From: Octopus bimaculoides
Lineage: Eukaryota
Length of the DNA: 64,000 nucleotides
Direction: 5' to 3'
Assembly (NCBI RefSeq): GCF_001194135.2
Contig: NC_068991.1
Coordinates: forward strand, 65,287,026-65,351,025
Within the stretch, counting starts at the first letter, position 1. Each line of letters begins with the position of its first letter. A program made the position numbers and the translations under genes. A model generated the notes under the pieces. It was not told the DNA's origin and made no database searches. It worked only from the letters and a program-made list of their open reading frames with translations. This document shows positions 1 to 11,365 of the stretch, in pieces.

Positions 1-92
1 AAAACATAGCTAGGTCGATTGTACAGAAAGAGTGTAAGACTATTTGGTTCACAAATTAATATTTTTTTTTTCTCTAACGGAGCAAACAGAGG

Positions 93-470
93 AAGCAAGG
101 CAGCGAGCTTGCAGAATCGTTAGCACGCCGGGCGAAATGCTTAGCGGCATTTCGTCTGTCTTTACGTTCTGAGTTCAAATTCTGCCGAGGTCGATTTTGC
201 CTTTCATCCTTTCGGGATTGATAAATTAAGTACCAGTTGCGTACTGGGTCGATCTAATCGACTAGCCCCCTCCCCAAAAATGTTGGGCCTAGTGCCTAGA
301 GTAGAAAAGAATCGTTAGCACGTCGGACAAAATATGTAATGGCTTTTCTTCTGGTCTTTTACGTTCTGAGTTCAAATCTTGCCAAGGTCAAGTTTGCCTT
401 TCATCCAATCAAGTACTGGGATCAATATAATCGACTTGTCTCTTCCCCACTTAAAATTTCTGGTCTTGAA
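93..470 (+). mobile_element. Two tandem copies of SINE family B (tRNA-derived head; second copy lacks the first ~20 nt)
   Basis: Head gaggcggcgagctggcagaatcgttagc..., B-box-like gagttcaaat, body tttgcctttcatcc...gtaccagt; the family recurs many times in the window. Confidence 0.8.
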
Positions 471-1253
471 CCCTGCAATGTTTTGGCGTCCCGCTCAGCG
501 GGTATATTGCAGTTTCAGGCATTTATACGCTATGGAAACCGAATAACTGGCCTTATGAAGCTAGGGCTCGAGAAAAAAAAATCCAAAAAGGGATGGGGTG
601 AGAGGCATACATTTCCCACATTGGTACAAAGCTGCATATTTGATCACATTACTTGAATGGTATTTATTTTAACGCTCTCGTAGGTATGCAAAACAAAGTT
701 AATTCCGATGGAATTCGAACTCGGAACGTAACTAAAATACAAACACTCGATTTTGTATTTTAATGTGGCGTTCTATCTATCCAATAATAATTATTTCTTA
801 CCTACACAAAGCCACAAATTTGGGAGAAGAGTTGACCTAAGTTCTTGTCTGGTATTTTATCAACTCCAGAAGGATATTTTGCGGAAGAAAGTGATGTGGC
901 TACGGTCCTGGTAATATTATAATCTTTTGGTTTCAAACGAGTCATGATTAAGAGCACCAATAAATACGAAAACACAGGTTAAAAATGACGGTCATATTTA
1001 TTTCTCCACAAAAAAGAAGATACATCAAACTGGTACAACATGAATAATACTGTTAGCAAAAATCAATAGGTTCCTCGTGCAGTTTGCACAGATGATGAGA
1101 TGCACGAGAAAAGAAAGCATTGCATCAAAGTCTTCTACTGACAATTTTCTCCTTTCTCAGTTAGCTTAGAGAAAATTCATTATAGTTGTCGGGTGGCTCA
1201 AAACTCACCACGCTTTGTTAGTCTGGAAAGCGGTCTGATTGGATAACTTAAAG

Positions 1254-1539
1254 CAGGGGTTTTCAAATTTTTTTACTTGCGGACCCCTTTATATTTCAGG
1301 CTTTACCTTTATAACCTTATAAACGCTTATGAAATTTATACATAAATATTTGCTTAAAATAACATATATTTTTACATTTATTTATTTAACAGTATTTAAC
1401 AAATAGGTTTATTGTCAATTAAAAGATTTCGATTAAAAAACATATATAAAATCAAATTACCCATAAAAAGTATTTGCTACCCCCTGTCTTGTCCTTGCGG
1501 ACCCCCTGTGGTCCGGGGACCACAGTTTGAAAACCCCTG
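1254..1539. mobile_element. hAT-type MITE
   Basis: TIRs CAGGGGTTTTCAAA / TTTGAAAACCCCTG; perfect 8-bp TSD ACTTAAAG (1246-1253, 1540-1547). Confidence 0.92.
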
Positions 1540-1877
1540 ACTTAAAGCATCCAATCAGCACAAACGTGTTAGGTCATGCGACCACTTGCAGAGAACACGC
1601 GTACAAGCCGATATTGTCCTATTTAAGTCTAAATAGTCAAGGGATCTTTTCTGTTTGGCTGCCAGGATTTCAAAAATCAAAGTTTATTGAAAATTTTAAA
1701 ATTTGGTACATTAATGGGATCTTTTCTTTTTGGCCGGCACATAGAATAAATAATTTTTTGTAACTAATCACTTTCAAATTTCGTAGGATTTTAGGGTTAG
1801 AGTTACGGAAAAATGTGAAAATTTTTCTCAAAAACGCTAAGAGTAAATGATGGCCGGCCAAATCCTGATGAATGAAC

Positions 1878-2175
1878 CTGACAGGCTGAAACTGAAAGAA
1901 GCCCGTCATATATATGTTGATGCGTTTATGTACGTCCTCACATCTTCTTGTCTTCACATCCAGCGATAGATGTAAAATGGGTGTCATACAGGCACTGTCC
2001 TTCGTTTCCAATCTTCTGTGAAAATGTCAGGCCATGGGGAGATATTGCTTGGCTTGGAGAGGGGTGAGGGTTGATGATAGGATGGACATCCGCAACGAAT
2101 TCTGTCTGACCCATGCAAGCGTGGAAAAGTGGACGTTAAAATGATGATGAGGATGACACAGATGATGACGATGTG
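1878..2175 (+). mobile_element. SINE family A fragment with RTE-like tail
   Basis: gaaactgaaagaagcccgtc body followed by tail ending gacccatgcaagcgtggaaaagtggacgttaaaatgatgatg. Confidence 0.75.
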
Positions 2176-4162
2176 TGTGTGTGTGAACAAAAGATATACA
2201 CATCAAAGAGAAAATTGCCTCTAAACCGTTGCACCAAACAAAAATAACTTTTGCTACTTATTCTTAGTTGCGCAGACTCTCTTTTGTCACTCTTGCTATC
2301 AGAAATGCGGTGAACTTGTGATTCCATGTCTGAAATTTGCAACCAACAACGGTTATTATTTACAAAAAAGAAATGTATAATATATATTTAAAAAATCAAT
2401 ACATACATACCTAACAGCTTATTTCGATTCGTTTGATCTACAAGTAAGTGTCTAATTCCAGGATGTACACATGAGACCAGGTCAGATTCGAACCGTAAAT
2501 CGAGGAATAAGACACTTCGTGACAGAAATTAAACTATTCGAAACGTAGTGTTTTCCCGCATATGGCCGACCTTAATCTTAAATATAAATTCAGGGTCAAC
2601 AAGTACATTGACAAGTGTTGGTAGATTTATTTTTACCGGTTCTTTTAATACCGTTTTTTCTCATCTCCAACATTACTAAATTTGTGTCATGTCTACAAAA
2701 CTCAATATGACGTACTTTTTGATTCTGGTGTACTTTCTTACGCTGTTGACATCCGATTTTGGAGGACCATGGATACAACCCCTACTTTGATGTTGTTTAA
2801 AAGGAAATAGATGACTGAGAAGACAGGAGCTGATAAAACTTTCTAAATCGTAAAGAATGGCGTTTCCTGTATAATTTTGGTTATAATTCTCGTAATGATT
2901 TTAACAAAAACAAAAAAAAAAAAAGGGTTTGAAATTAATGAAGCTATTAACTCTTTGTCTGTCCGAAGCATTTTCGTAAGTTTGTCCTAAACTTTTATTT
3001 AGCCATTGTTTCATTCGCTTTGAGTAATATAAAGCTTTCGTTTCATGAGTAACAAGTTTGATGGTTGGAAAAAAAAAAAAAAAAAGAAATGCGTCTCATA
3101 TGATGCATGGACACCAGAGAAATATGTCATGTGTATCAACTCTGACACACAGAACAGGGAAAAGGTTTGTCGCTAGATTGTTTGTCATACAGTGCTTTGA
3201 AGTGAGAGGAGAAAGTGAAAGATGTATTGAAAAAGTATCTACCACGGAAATTTTTTGCTTGTCACATTATTTTTCTAAAATTTCAAAAAAAAAAAAAATA
3301 CCTCCCTCCCAAACACACCCACACCAATATACCAGATGTTTTTAAAGTCCTTCGCACATTTTCGCATGCATAAATAACTTTCAACCAGCGCATGAAGTTA
3401 AACAGGTTTCTCCACATGTTCGAAATAACAGCCAAATCTCTTGATTTTCTTTCTAATTACACTTAAACAAAAACCAATCGCGGTTGTAAAAAGCTTATTA
3501 TCCATAATTCCAAATTTCAAGAAATCAAAAATATATTCAATCGAAAATAAATAAGTAGAATAGAATAACGATGGCCACAGTCCACTTCTGAGTTCGATAC
3601 ATTCGACTAAAAATTCTTGAAGGCGGTGGCCCAGCATGACCGCAGTCTAATGACTGAAAGAAATAAAAAGGAGGTGGGCAAACTCTTTTCCGCGAAATTT
3701 TTTCTCCCACGAGTGTTTCGGACCCCAGTAATGAACTCATTTGCGTACAGCCAATAAGAGCTCACCTTAACCTAGTTGTCAAGTTAACAATGGTTCGCAT
3801 TTAAAATGGCGATCTCCGATTGCCATTCGAATTTTGTATTGTGTTCTCATTCAGATGCCAATATCATCGATACTGAACACATAAGCTGGTTAGCAGTAAG
3901 TTTGAATTATCGAAAACCTCTAGTCAGTATGAAGACAATTGGTGTGCAACCAACTTGCAGCATCCAGGAAAAAAGATGGTTAGTGGTGGCAGAAACCGCA
4001 TTGGTGCTGGCAGACCGTTGAAGAATTGTTTGAAAAGTGTGAAAGGAAAGGTGCCATTCAGCTCTCAGATTATGCCTAGACGCAAAGCCTAACATAACAT
4101 TCGTGAATGTGTTAAAAATAACTAATCTCTTGGTAAAACACGCTCCACCAAGTAAACTCAAG

Positions 4163-4334
4163 NNNNNNNNNNNNNNNNNNNNNNNNNNNNNNNNNNNNNN
4201 NNNNNNNNNNNNNNNNNNNNNNNNNNNNNNNNNNNNNNNNNNNNNNNNNNNNNNNNNNNNNNNNNNNNNNNNNNNNNNNNNNNNNNNNNNNNNNNNNNNN
4301 NNNNNNNNNNNNNNNNNNNNNNNNNNNNNNNNNN
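4163..4334. other. Assembly gap (N run)
   Basis: 172 N. Confidence 1.
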
Positions 4335-4610
4335 GGGGGCCACATTTTTCATTAATGTTTTACGTAGTGTTTTTGATACGGAAAGACTTTCAAACTTCGT
4401 ATACTTATTTATTTTGTGTTATAGAACAGAAAAATATTTTTGTATTCGAATTTATTTCATGTAAAAAAATTGTCTTATTTCGATAATTTCAACCAATCAC
4501 TGACAAGTATTCAGTTGTTTATATTTACTCCTTTGGCTGATTAAGCGATGTAAAGCGTATTTAATCTCCATACCTTCGTTTTATTTGCTTCTTTCATTTT
4601 AAATTTGCTT

Positions 4611-4733
4611 TAACCCTAACCCTAACCCTGTCCCTAACCCTAACCCTATCCCTAACCCTAACCCTAACCTGCGTGTGAAAATGAATATGTGTTTAGGGTT
4701 AGGGTTATGGTTAGGAATAGGGTTAGGGTTAGG
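4611..4733. repeat. Interstitial telomere-like repeats: (CCCTAA)n 4611-4670, 22-bp spacer, (TTAGGG)n 4693-4733
   Basis: Read directly; units are partly degenerate. Confidence 0.92.
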
Positions 4734-6999
4734 ATCGACCACTCACGACTAGCTAGCGCGGACACGCGACTGCGCGTTCGGGTCCGCGCTGCTTTAGTAG
4801 TACCAGCTCTGATTGGCAGTATGCAAATGAGTTCATAACTCGGATCCAGAACTCTCGTAGGAAAAAAGTTTTCGCCTCCGGCCCGCCAAATTCAAGTCGT
4901 ATTCTCATTGACATTGTTCTGTTACTGAGTTACTTTGTTTTTCAATATATCTTTCACTTTCCCATCTCACCTCAAAGTAAATATCACCTTCCACACGTCA
5001 TAAAAACAAAAGTGACAAAATAAAAATAAAACATTACTGAAATTAACGAACAAATTTGACACTTCTGCTGCTAAAGCCGAAAGAAGGTGTTTTTTACGAA
5101 AATACCATTTTAATTTTATGCTGTAAGACTGATAAATATTTAATTTGCGTTGGTTGGATATGTTCTTTCAGCATCCAGAATTAGAAAATTTAGTTTTGCT
5201 TTGTTATACCTCCCAAGATTAAACAGCAGAAAAATAAAAACAGAAATAATGAAGTAAATTTTTTTGGTTTCAAAAACCTCCACTTTTTTCTATCGTTTTT
5301 GTTTATTTAATCGTTTATAGCTATTATTTCAGTTGTGTGTCGCTGCATTGACATGTATTTTTAAAATGTTGTTTTATTATTATTAGAGCTTAATTGAGAT
5401 TAAGAAGATTGAGATAGTAATTATTATTTTATTTTAATTTAATTTGAGTGATTAGCGATTTTGAATGCCTAGACTTAGTGACCATGGTGAGCTGTCAACT
5501 ACTTCAGTAAACATTAAGACAATATGACAATAAGCAACTGTGACTTTAATTAATCAACGATATATTTGCATCAGCGCTTGTACTCTTTCACACAGCATCT
5601 AACTGTTTCTCTTGCTTTTTGACATGTAATATAACTTTTTTTAACACATTTTTCTTTTCTTTTTCGCATTATGCATACCTACGATTCGTGAGACGGGTGT
5701 AATGGTAAAAATGACAATGCTTCGGTATTAGTACATGAAGTCAGTCATGAGCGTCTGTTTGACTGTCCAGCTCTGTCGAGCAGACGAAAGACAATGTAAC
5801 ACACTAACTCATGACGTCATACACTCTTGCCGAAAGATTGCCAGTAAAAATCTACCCGAAAGGAGCTCGCAATAGGGGTCAAATATGTAAAAAGTGAATT
5901 AAAGTGCGGCCATGGCTGTGTGGTTAAGAAGCACGCTTTGCAGCCATGGAGTTTCGAGTTTTCTCTCGATGCGTGGCACGTTGGGCAAGTGTCTTCTATG
6001 ATAATAAATGCGAAAGCGAATGTTAGGGTGTCAGTTTATCACATTTTTTCAACTTTACTCCTCCGAACCCATCTTTCACTATCCAATAACTCTTCTACTA
6101 TTCTTCATTCTTGGTTTTTTTCTTAATCCTAACATTTTGAAAAAAATATTTCTCTAGATGTTATAACTATTTCTAAAAGTAATTTCCAAAATAAACATTT
6201 TGAAAAAAATCTTTCTCTAAATATTATAACTGTATCAAGTAATTTAACCATAACACATGTTTCATAAAGTTTGGAACTGAAATACATATTGAACTCACTC
6301 TCTCATACAATATTATCTCTACCATAAAAATGTTGGAAACTTAGTATTTTTTTAGATATTAATAAAATGTGTCTTACCTATTTTCATGCTGTCGGAGCTA
6401 TGGAAACTTAGCGCATTCCGACTGCATGAAACTAGATTCGACTGATTTTATTATTACCTTAAAAAATACTAAATTTCAAACATCTTTATGGTCAGATACG
6501 TTTAGAGTAATTCCAAACCATAAAAATCGCACTTTAAAATAGTGTTCAGCGACAGTGGTATAATTTTCCTTCAAACTACAAACAGGAATTTAGATACGTA
6601 CCAGCTACTACAAATAATTGTTTGTAGGAAAAGTAAGGCCCTACATTACATACACATGATTAAAAAGCTCGCTTTGCAATCCCGTAATTTCGAATTGAAT
6701 CCTACTGCGCGGTATCTTTATTACTGTGACTGTTTTTCCTATGACTTTATTACCGGTCACCGAAAATTAGTATTCATTTCATCATTTTTCACAACTACCA
6801 AGAAATTTGCTAACGATTTAATTATAATTATTGTATGTATGCCCTGAGTTAGTCTATATTACTCCGTGGGAAGCATAGGGCTGGTTTCTCAGTTGCTCTG
6901 GCGTATATATTCCTCCATGGACGGGACACACTCATGTGTGTGAGTGTGTGTGCGCGCGCGCGTGTGAGTGTGTGTGCGCGCGCGCGTGTGTGTGTGATA

Positions 7000-7167
7000 T
7001 TGTTTTTGTAATTGGACTGCAGATGGAGAACTGCCTTGAGGTGTTTAGTCGGGGGTGGGTCTCCAAAGTGGTCGATATCGACCCCTGGGGTTCGATGGGA
7101 CTATTCAAGGGGTCGATAAATGCCTGGAAACTGCACATTTACCTAATTCTTCTTCTTCTTCTTCTTC

Positions 7168-7198
<31 letters not shown>

Positions 7199-7650
7199 CA
7201 TTATTTATTTATTTATTTATTTATTTTCTTGCATATGCCTGGGGGTGGGGGCGATGATGGTGGGGGTCAAGGATTCCATGAAAGGGTCGATGGTCTAAAA
7301 AGTTTGGGGTCCCCTGGTTTAGTCGAACAAATCGACCCAAGTACTTATTTTTAAGTCTGGTACTTTCTCGATTGGCTCATTTGCCGAACCGCTAAGTTAC
7401 AGGAATGTAACCAAACCAATACAAGTTGTCAAGTGGTTGTGGGACACATACACACACATGTTCGTATGCGTGTATGTATACACACACACACTTAAGACTT
7501 CAACATAGTTTCCGTCTACCAAATTTATTCACAAAGCATTGGTCGGCCCGGGGGTTTAGTAGACACTTGTCAGAGATGTCTTGCAGCGAGTCTGAACGCG
7601 AAATATGTGCAAAGCTAGCATCTTACCTTACAACCACACCTGCACTTTCC
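7000..7650 (-). mobile_element. SINE family A copy interrupted by a hAT MITE
   Basis: Family A tail and body resume exactly after the inserted element (gtttagtc^gaacaaatcgaccc). Confidence 0.75.
7051..7316. mobile_element. hAT-type MITE containing a (CTT)n(ATT)n(ATTT)n microsatellite
   Basis: Perfect 8-bp TSD GTTTAGTC (7043-7050, 7317-7324); right TIR AGTTTGGGGTCCCCTG, left TIR damaged. Confidence 0.8.
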
Positions 7651-7944
7651 TTTTAAACAAAGCAGACGACGACCATGATTCTAATAAACCAGTAATACCA
7701 TGAAATGGAACGTGGCCTTGTTTCATTAACTTACTTTTTATTCACCAAAACTGGTTTTCTTAGCAGGTCCTCACCCACCTCCAACTTCCTTTTGTTATTA
7801 ATAGGTGACATTGAAAGAGTGAGAAATATAAATGGGTGAGAGAGGTGTATTTAAAAAAGGAAGAATCTTGCTTTTGTTGATAATTATTATTGTTTAAATA
7901 GAACGAATGCTGTATATGTACGCGCGCACACAAACACACACAAA

Positions 7945-7990
<46 letters not shown>
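7945..7990. repeat. (CT)n(CA)n microsatellite
   Basis: Read directly. Confidence 0.95.
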
Positions 7991-7991
<1 letters not shown>

Positions 7992-8110
7992 CGTAGATAT
8001 ACTGTTGAAAGCTTGGATCTGCAGACTTCGGCTCGAGAAAGCATCTCGTGTAGATGTACAATGTAATAAATAAATAGATAAATAAATGAATAAATAAATA
8101 AATATGTATG

Positions 8111-8520
8111 TATAGGCGCCGGAGTGGTTATAGGCGCAGGAGTGGCTGTGTGGTAAGTAGCTTGCTTATCAATCACATGGTTCCGGGTTCAGTCCCACTG
8201 CGTGACACCTTGGGCAAGTGTCTTCTACTATAGCCTCGGGCCGACAAAAGCCTTGTGAGTGGATTTAGTTGACGGAAACTGAAAGAAGCCCGTCGTATAT
8301 ATGTATATATATATGTGTGTGTGTTTGTCCCCCTAGCATTGCTTGACAACCGATGCTGGTTTGTTTACGTCCTCGTAACTTAGCGGTTCGGCAAAAAGAG
8401 ACCGATAGAATAAGTACTAGGCTTCCAAAGAATAAGTCCCGGGGTCGATTTGCTCGACTAAAGGCGGTGTTCCAGCATGGCCGCAGTCAAATGACTGAAA
8501 CAAGTAAAAGAGCAAAGAGA
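8111..8520 (+). mobile_element. Full-length SINE family A (tRNA head, CORE-like block, central microsatellite, tail ending gactgaaacaagtaaaagag)
   Basis: A-box-like tggctgtgtgg, B-box-like gggttcagtcc, ccttgggcaagtg block resembling the CORE-SINE domain; CpGs retained; 19-bp duplication of the 5' end. Confidence 0.88.
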
Positions 8521-8934
8521 GTATGTATCAACAGCAGACGAAAAGTGTTCAGTGGCGGTGATGAAATTGCTAAAAACGTATTTCTGCTTCTTTGCGCATC
8601 ATCAGTAGCAAGTATCAACAAGGTACTGCATGCTAAAACAAATTTAATCTCTTCTGATGTAGAAAAACAGTGATTAACAAATCAATGGTGTCGCAATTTG
8701 CCGGCAGGTTGGATAATTTTCGATATTAGCGACGGAAGTAGTATGAGTTCAAAAGTATAATAGACGAATGCCGCAGTTTCCAGGTTTTCAACCAGGTTAA
8801 TACAGAATGCCATTCTGAAATAATACTGCTTTCGACGTTAATAACGAATATTGTGTGAACGTGCGCGCGCGTGTGCGTTCATGAGTCTATACGTGCGCAC
8901 GTTTTTGATGATCATTGTGATGAAAGGGTAGTTT

Positions 8935-9071
8935 CACTAGCGCAACTGGGCGAAGGGGTGGTCCTCCCCGGGCGGCACTTTTGAAGGGCCGGCATTTTCA
9001 TCCTGCTGTAGGCAATATGTGGGGTCAGGGAAGGGTCGCCTCGAGCAGCACACACTCTAGCTACGCTAGTG
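8935..9071. mobile_element. Short hAT-like MITE (CACTAGCG termini)
   Basis: Termini CACTAGCG...CGCTAGTG; perfect 8-bp TSD GGTAGTTT (8927-8934, 9072-9079); related copy at 35672-35820. Confidence 0.85.
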
Positions 9072-10202
9072 GGTAGTTTGATACAGTTTTGCAGTCTTCA
9101 ACTCTTTCAGGGTTTTCTTAACGAACACAGTATTCAATACAATCTACTTATATTTGCTTTATCGGCGATAAAACTATTAAAAGCGTAATAAAGATAGCGT
9201 AAAAGAATAAAACAAAAATACAGCTTTTATTTATTTATTTACTTTATTGCAAGAATTCCCATTAAAACACATCTGTCAAACTGTTAGCAAAAGTCTTTTG
9301 ATTAACTGATAACGATCCCTGAATTTGAGGAGGAGACTAACGTTTAACTTCGCAAATATATAAGATGAATATATAAGATGTTGATATCAAAGAGAACTCA
9401 TTTCTCTTTCTCTGGTTGTTTGCCTGTGTTTATAGTTACTGAACTTCTGACTCATTAATTTACATCCCGCTACAGGTGACATATCCTTAGGTACGACACA
9501 CGTAACCATACTTGCTTAGTTTTTATTCCAAATTAGGTAAACTTTCAAGATGAAAGCAATGTAACAAAAAAAACAGCTGAGGGAAATTTATTAACACGTT
9601 ATAATAAATATATGTTAACACATCTCAGTTAAAAAAAAAAGTTGATGTTTTAGTCATCTGTTAGTGTTGACAACATTTATGTAACGTTAGTTGTTTTGGT
9701 TGTTTCATATTACCTCATAGTAGATTGTACAGTTCACTGTCAGAAACCTCTAACTGTTCTGTACATATTATAGTAATTTGTTGATTGTTAATAAAACAGT
9801 AAAATAAATATACGACATGCATTTGAAAATAAATAGTGACAGCTATAAGATAATTGAATGCAGCACAATATTGCTTTCATCAGCTCATTTGGGAGGATTT
9901 TTTTTCAGCACCTTGTAAACATACATATTGTTGTTATTTGAGTTTCGTTTGTTGGTTTTGTAACATATTTTTTTTCCTTAACTCATTTTCGTTTAAAATA
10001 CTGTTTTGCTATCATTTTTTGCTGTCATTTAGTACAGGATGCCAAATATGTTCTGATTGCAAACATATTCAACAATGTTACGCCTACCTTGAATATCAGG
10101 GCACGTCTACAGATGTGTCCCACGTTTGACTTTGGTTCCTTATAACTTTCTATAACTTGTTGTTATAACTTTCTATAAAATGGATATCTTAAAATATTTT
10201 CT

Positions 10203-10583
10203 GCGTGGCTGTATAGTAAGAAGCTTGCTTCCCATCCACAGATTCAGTCCCACTGCATGGCACCTTGGGCAACTGTCTTCTACTATTGCCTCAGGCCGAC
10301 CGTAAGCTTTGTGAATGGATTTGGTAGATGGAAACAGAAAGAAGCTCGTCATATATGTATATGTTTATGTGTGTGTCTGTGTTTGCCCCACCCCCTCCAT
10401 CGCTTAACAACCAATTACGGTGTGTTTATGTCCCCAAAACTTAGTGATTCGGCAAAAGATACTGATAGAATAAGCACTAGACTTACAATGAATAAGTCCT
10501 GGGGTTGATTTCTTCGGTTAAAGGCAGTGCTCCAGCATGGCCGCAGTCAAATGACTGAAACAAGTACGTAAAAAAAGAATAAA
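10203..10583 (+). mobile_element. SINE family A, near full length
   Basis: Colinear with 8111-8520, more diverged. Confidence 0.85.
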
Positions 10584-10746
10584 TCTGTTTTAGATTAGAT
10601 AGCTTACAACTGTTGGAATTTGATAGGAAGAGAAGTGGTGGCAATAATTCACCCACCTCATCAAAGAATATGAGGAAACAAAAGTTGAGGTTTAGAAATA
10701 ATACATTTCTAAATCTCTCAGAGAGATTTATGCAGTAGTGATACGA

Positions 10747-10970
10747 TGAAGTAGTTGTATGCTGTCAACTTAATGTGACAGTCCCCTGAATGGAATAATA
10801 CTACTGTTGGTTAGACCTAGGAAGCTGCACCGCTTCCTAGGTCTAACATAAGGACACAGGAAATGTATCAAGGCCAATAGGAAGCAGTGCAGCTTCCTAG
10901 GTCTAACCAACAATAGTATTATTCTCTTCAGGGGACTGTCATATTAAGTTGACAGCATACAACTACTTCA
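10747..10970. repeat. Foldback element: ~93-bp inverted arms with a nested 16-bp perfect hairpin
   Basis: Arms 10747-10839 and 10878-10970 are near-perfect reverse complements; nested GTTAGACCTAGGAAGC (10810-10825) / GCTTCCTAGGTCTAAC (10832-10847). Confidence 0.92.
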
Positions 10971-11075
10971 AAAGTTGAGATGTTTGAATTGTCCAATGCC
11001 ATCCCCATTTTTTTTTTCCTTTCTTTTTCACATCAAATTCTAGCATAATCATAATCTACAACAACTGAAATGTAT

Positions 11076-11365
11076 TTACTCTTTTGCTGTTTCAGTCATT
11101 AGACTGTGGCCATGCTGGAGCACCGACCTGAATTTTTAGTCGAATGAATTGACCCCAGAACTTATATATTTTTAAGCCTGGTAATTATTCTATCAGTTTC
11201 TTTTGCCGAACCACTAAGTTACAGGGACATGAACACACCAACACCGGTTGTCAAGCAGTGGTGGGGACAAACACAGAACAAAAACACACACAGAGATATA
11301 TATATATACATATAATGACAGGCTTCTTTCAGTTTCTGTCGACCAAATCCACTCACAAGGCTTTG
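11076..11365 (-). mobile_element. SINE family A, 5'-truncated
   Basis: Reverse complement of the family A tail and body. Confidence 0.82.

Larger units (their letters stand above)
3692..4875. mobile_element. Putative non-autonomous DNA transposon with ~70-bp inverted ends, internal telomere-motif tracts and a GC hairpin (interrupted by a gap)
   Basis: 3692-3762 is an imperfect inverted copy of 4805-4875 (ATGAACTCATTTGCGTACAGCCAATAAGAGCT vs reverse complement ATGAACTCATTTGCATACTGCCAATCAGAGCT). No TSD found; superfamily unassigned. Confidence 0.55.

Noticed and set aside
4611-4733. Telomere-telomere chromosome fusion scar
   Set aside because: The tract order is the reverse of a fusion, and the tracts are short and embedded in repeat-like sequence.
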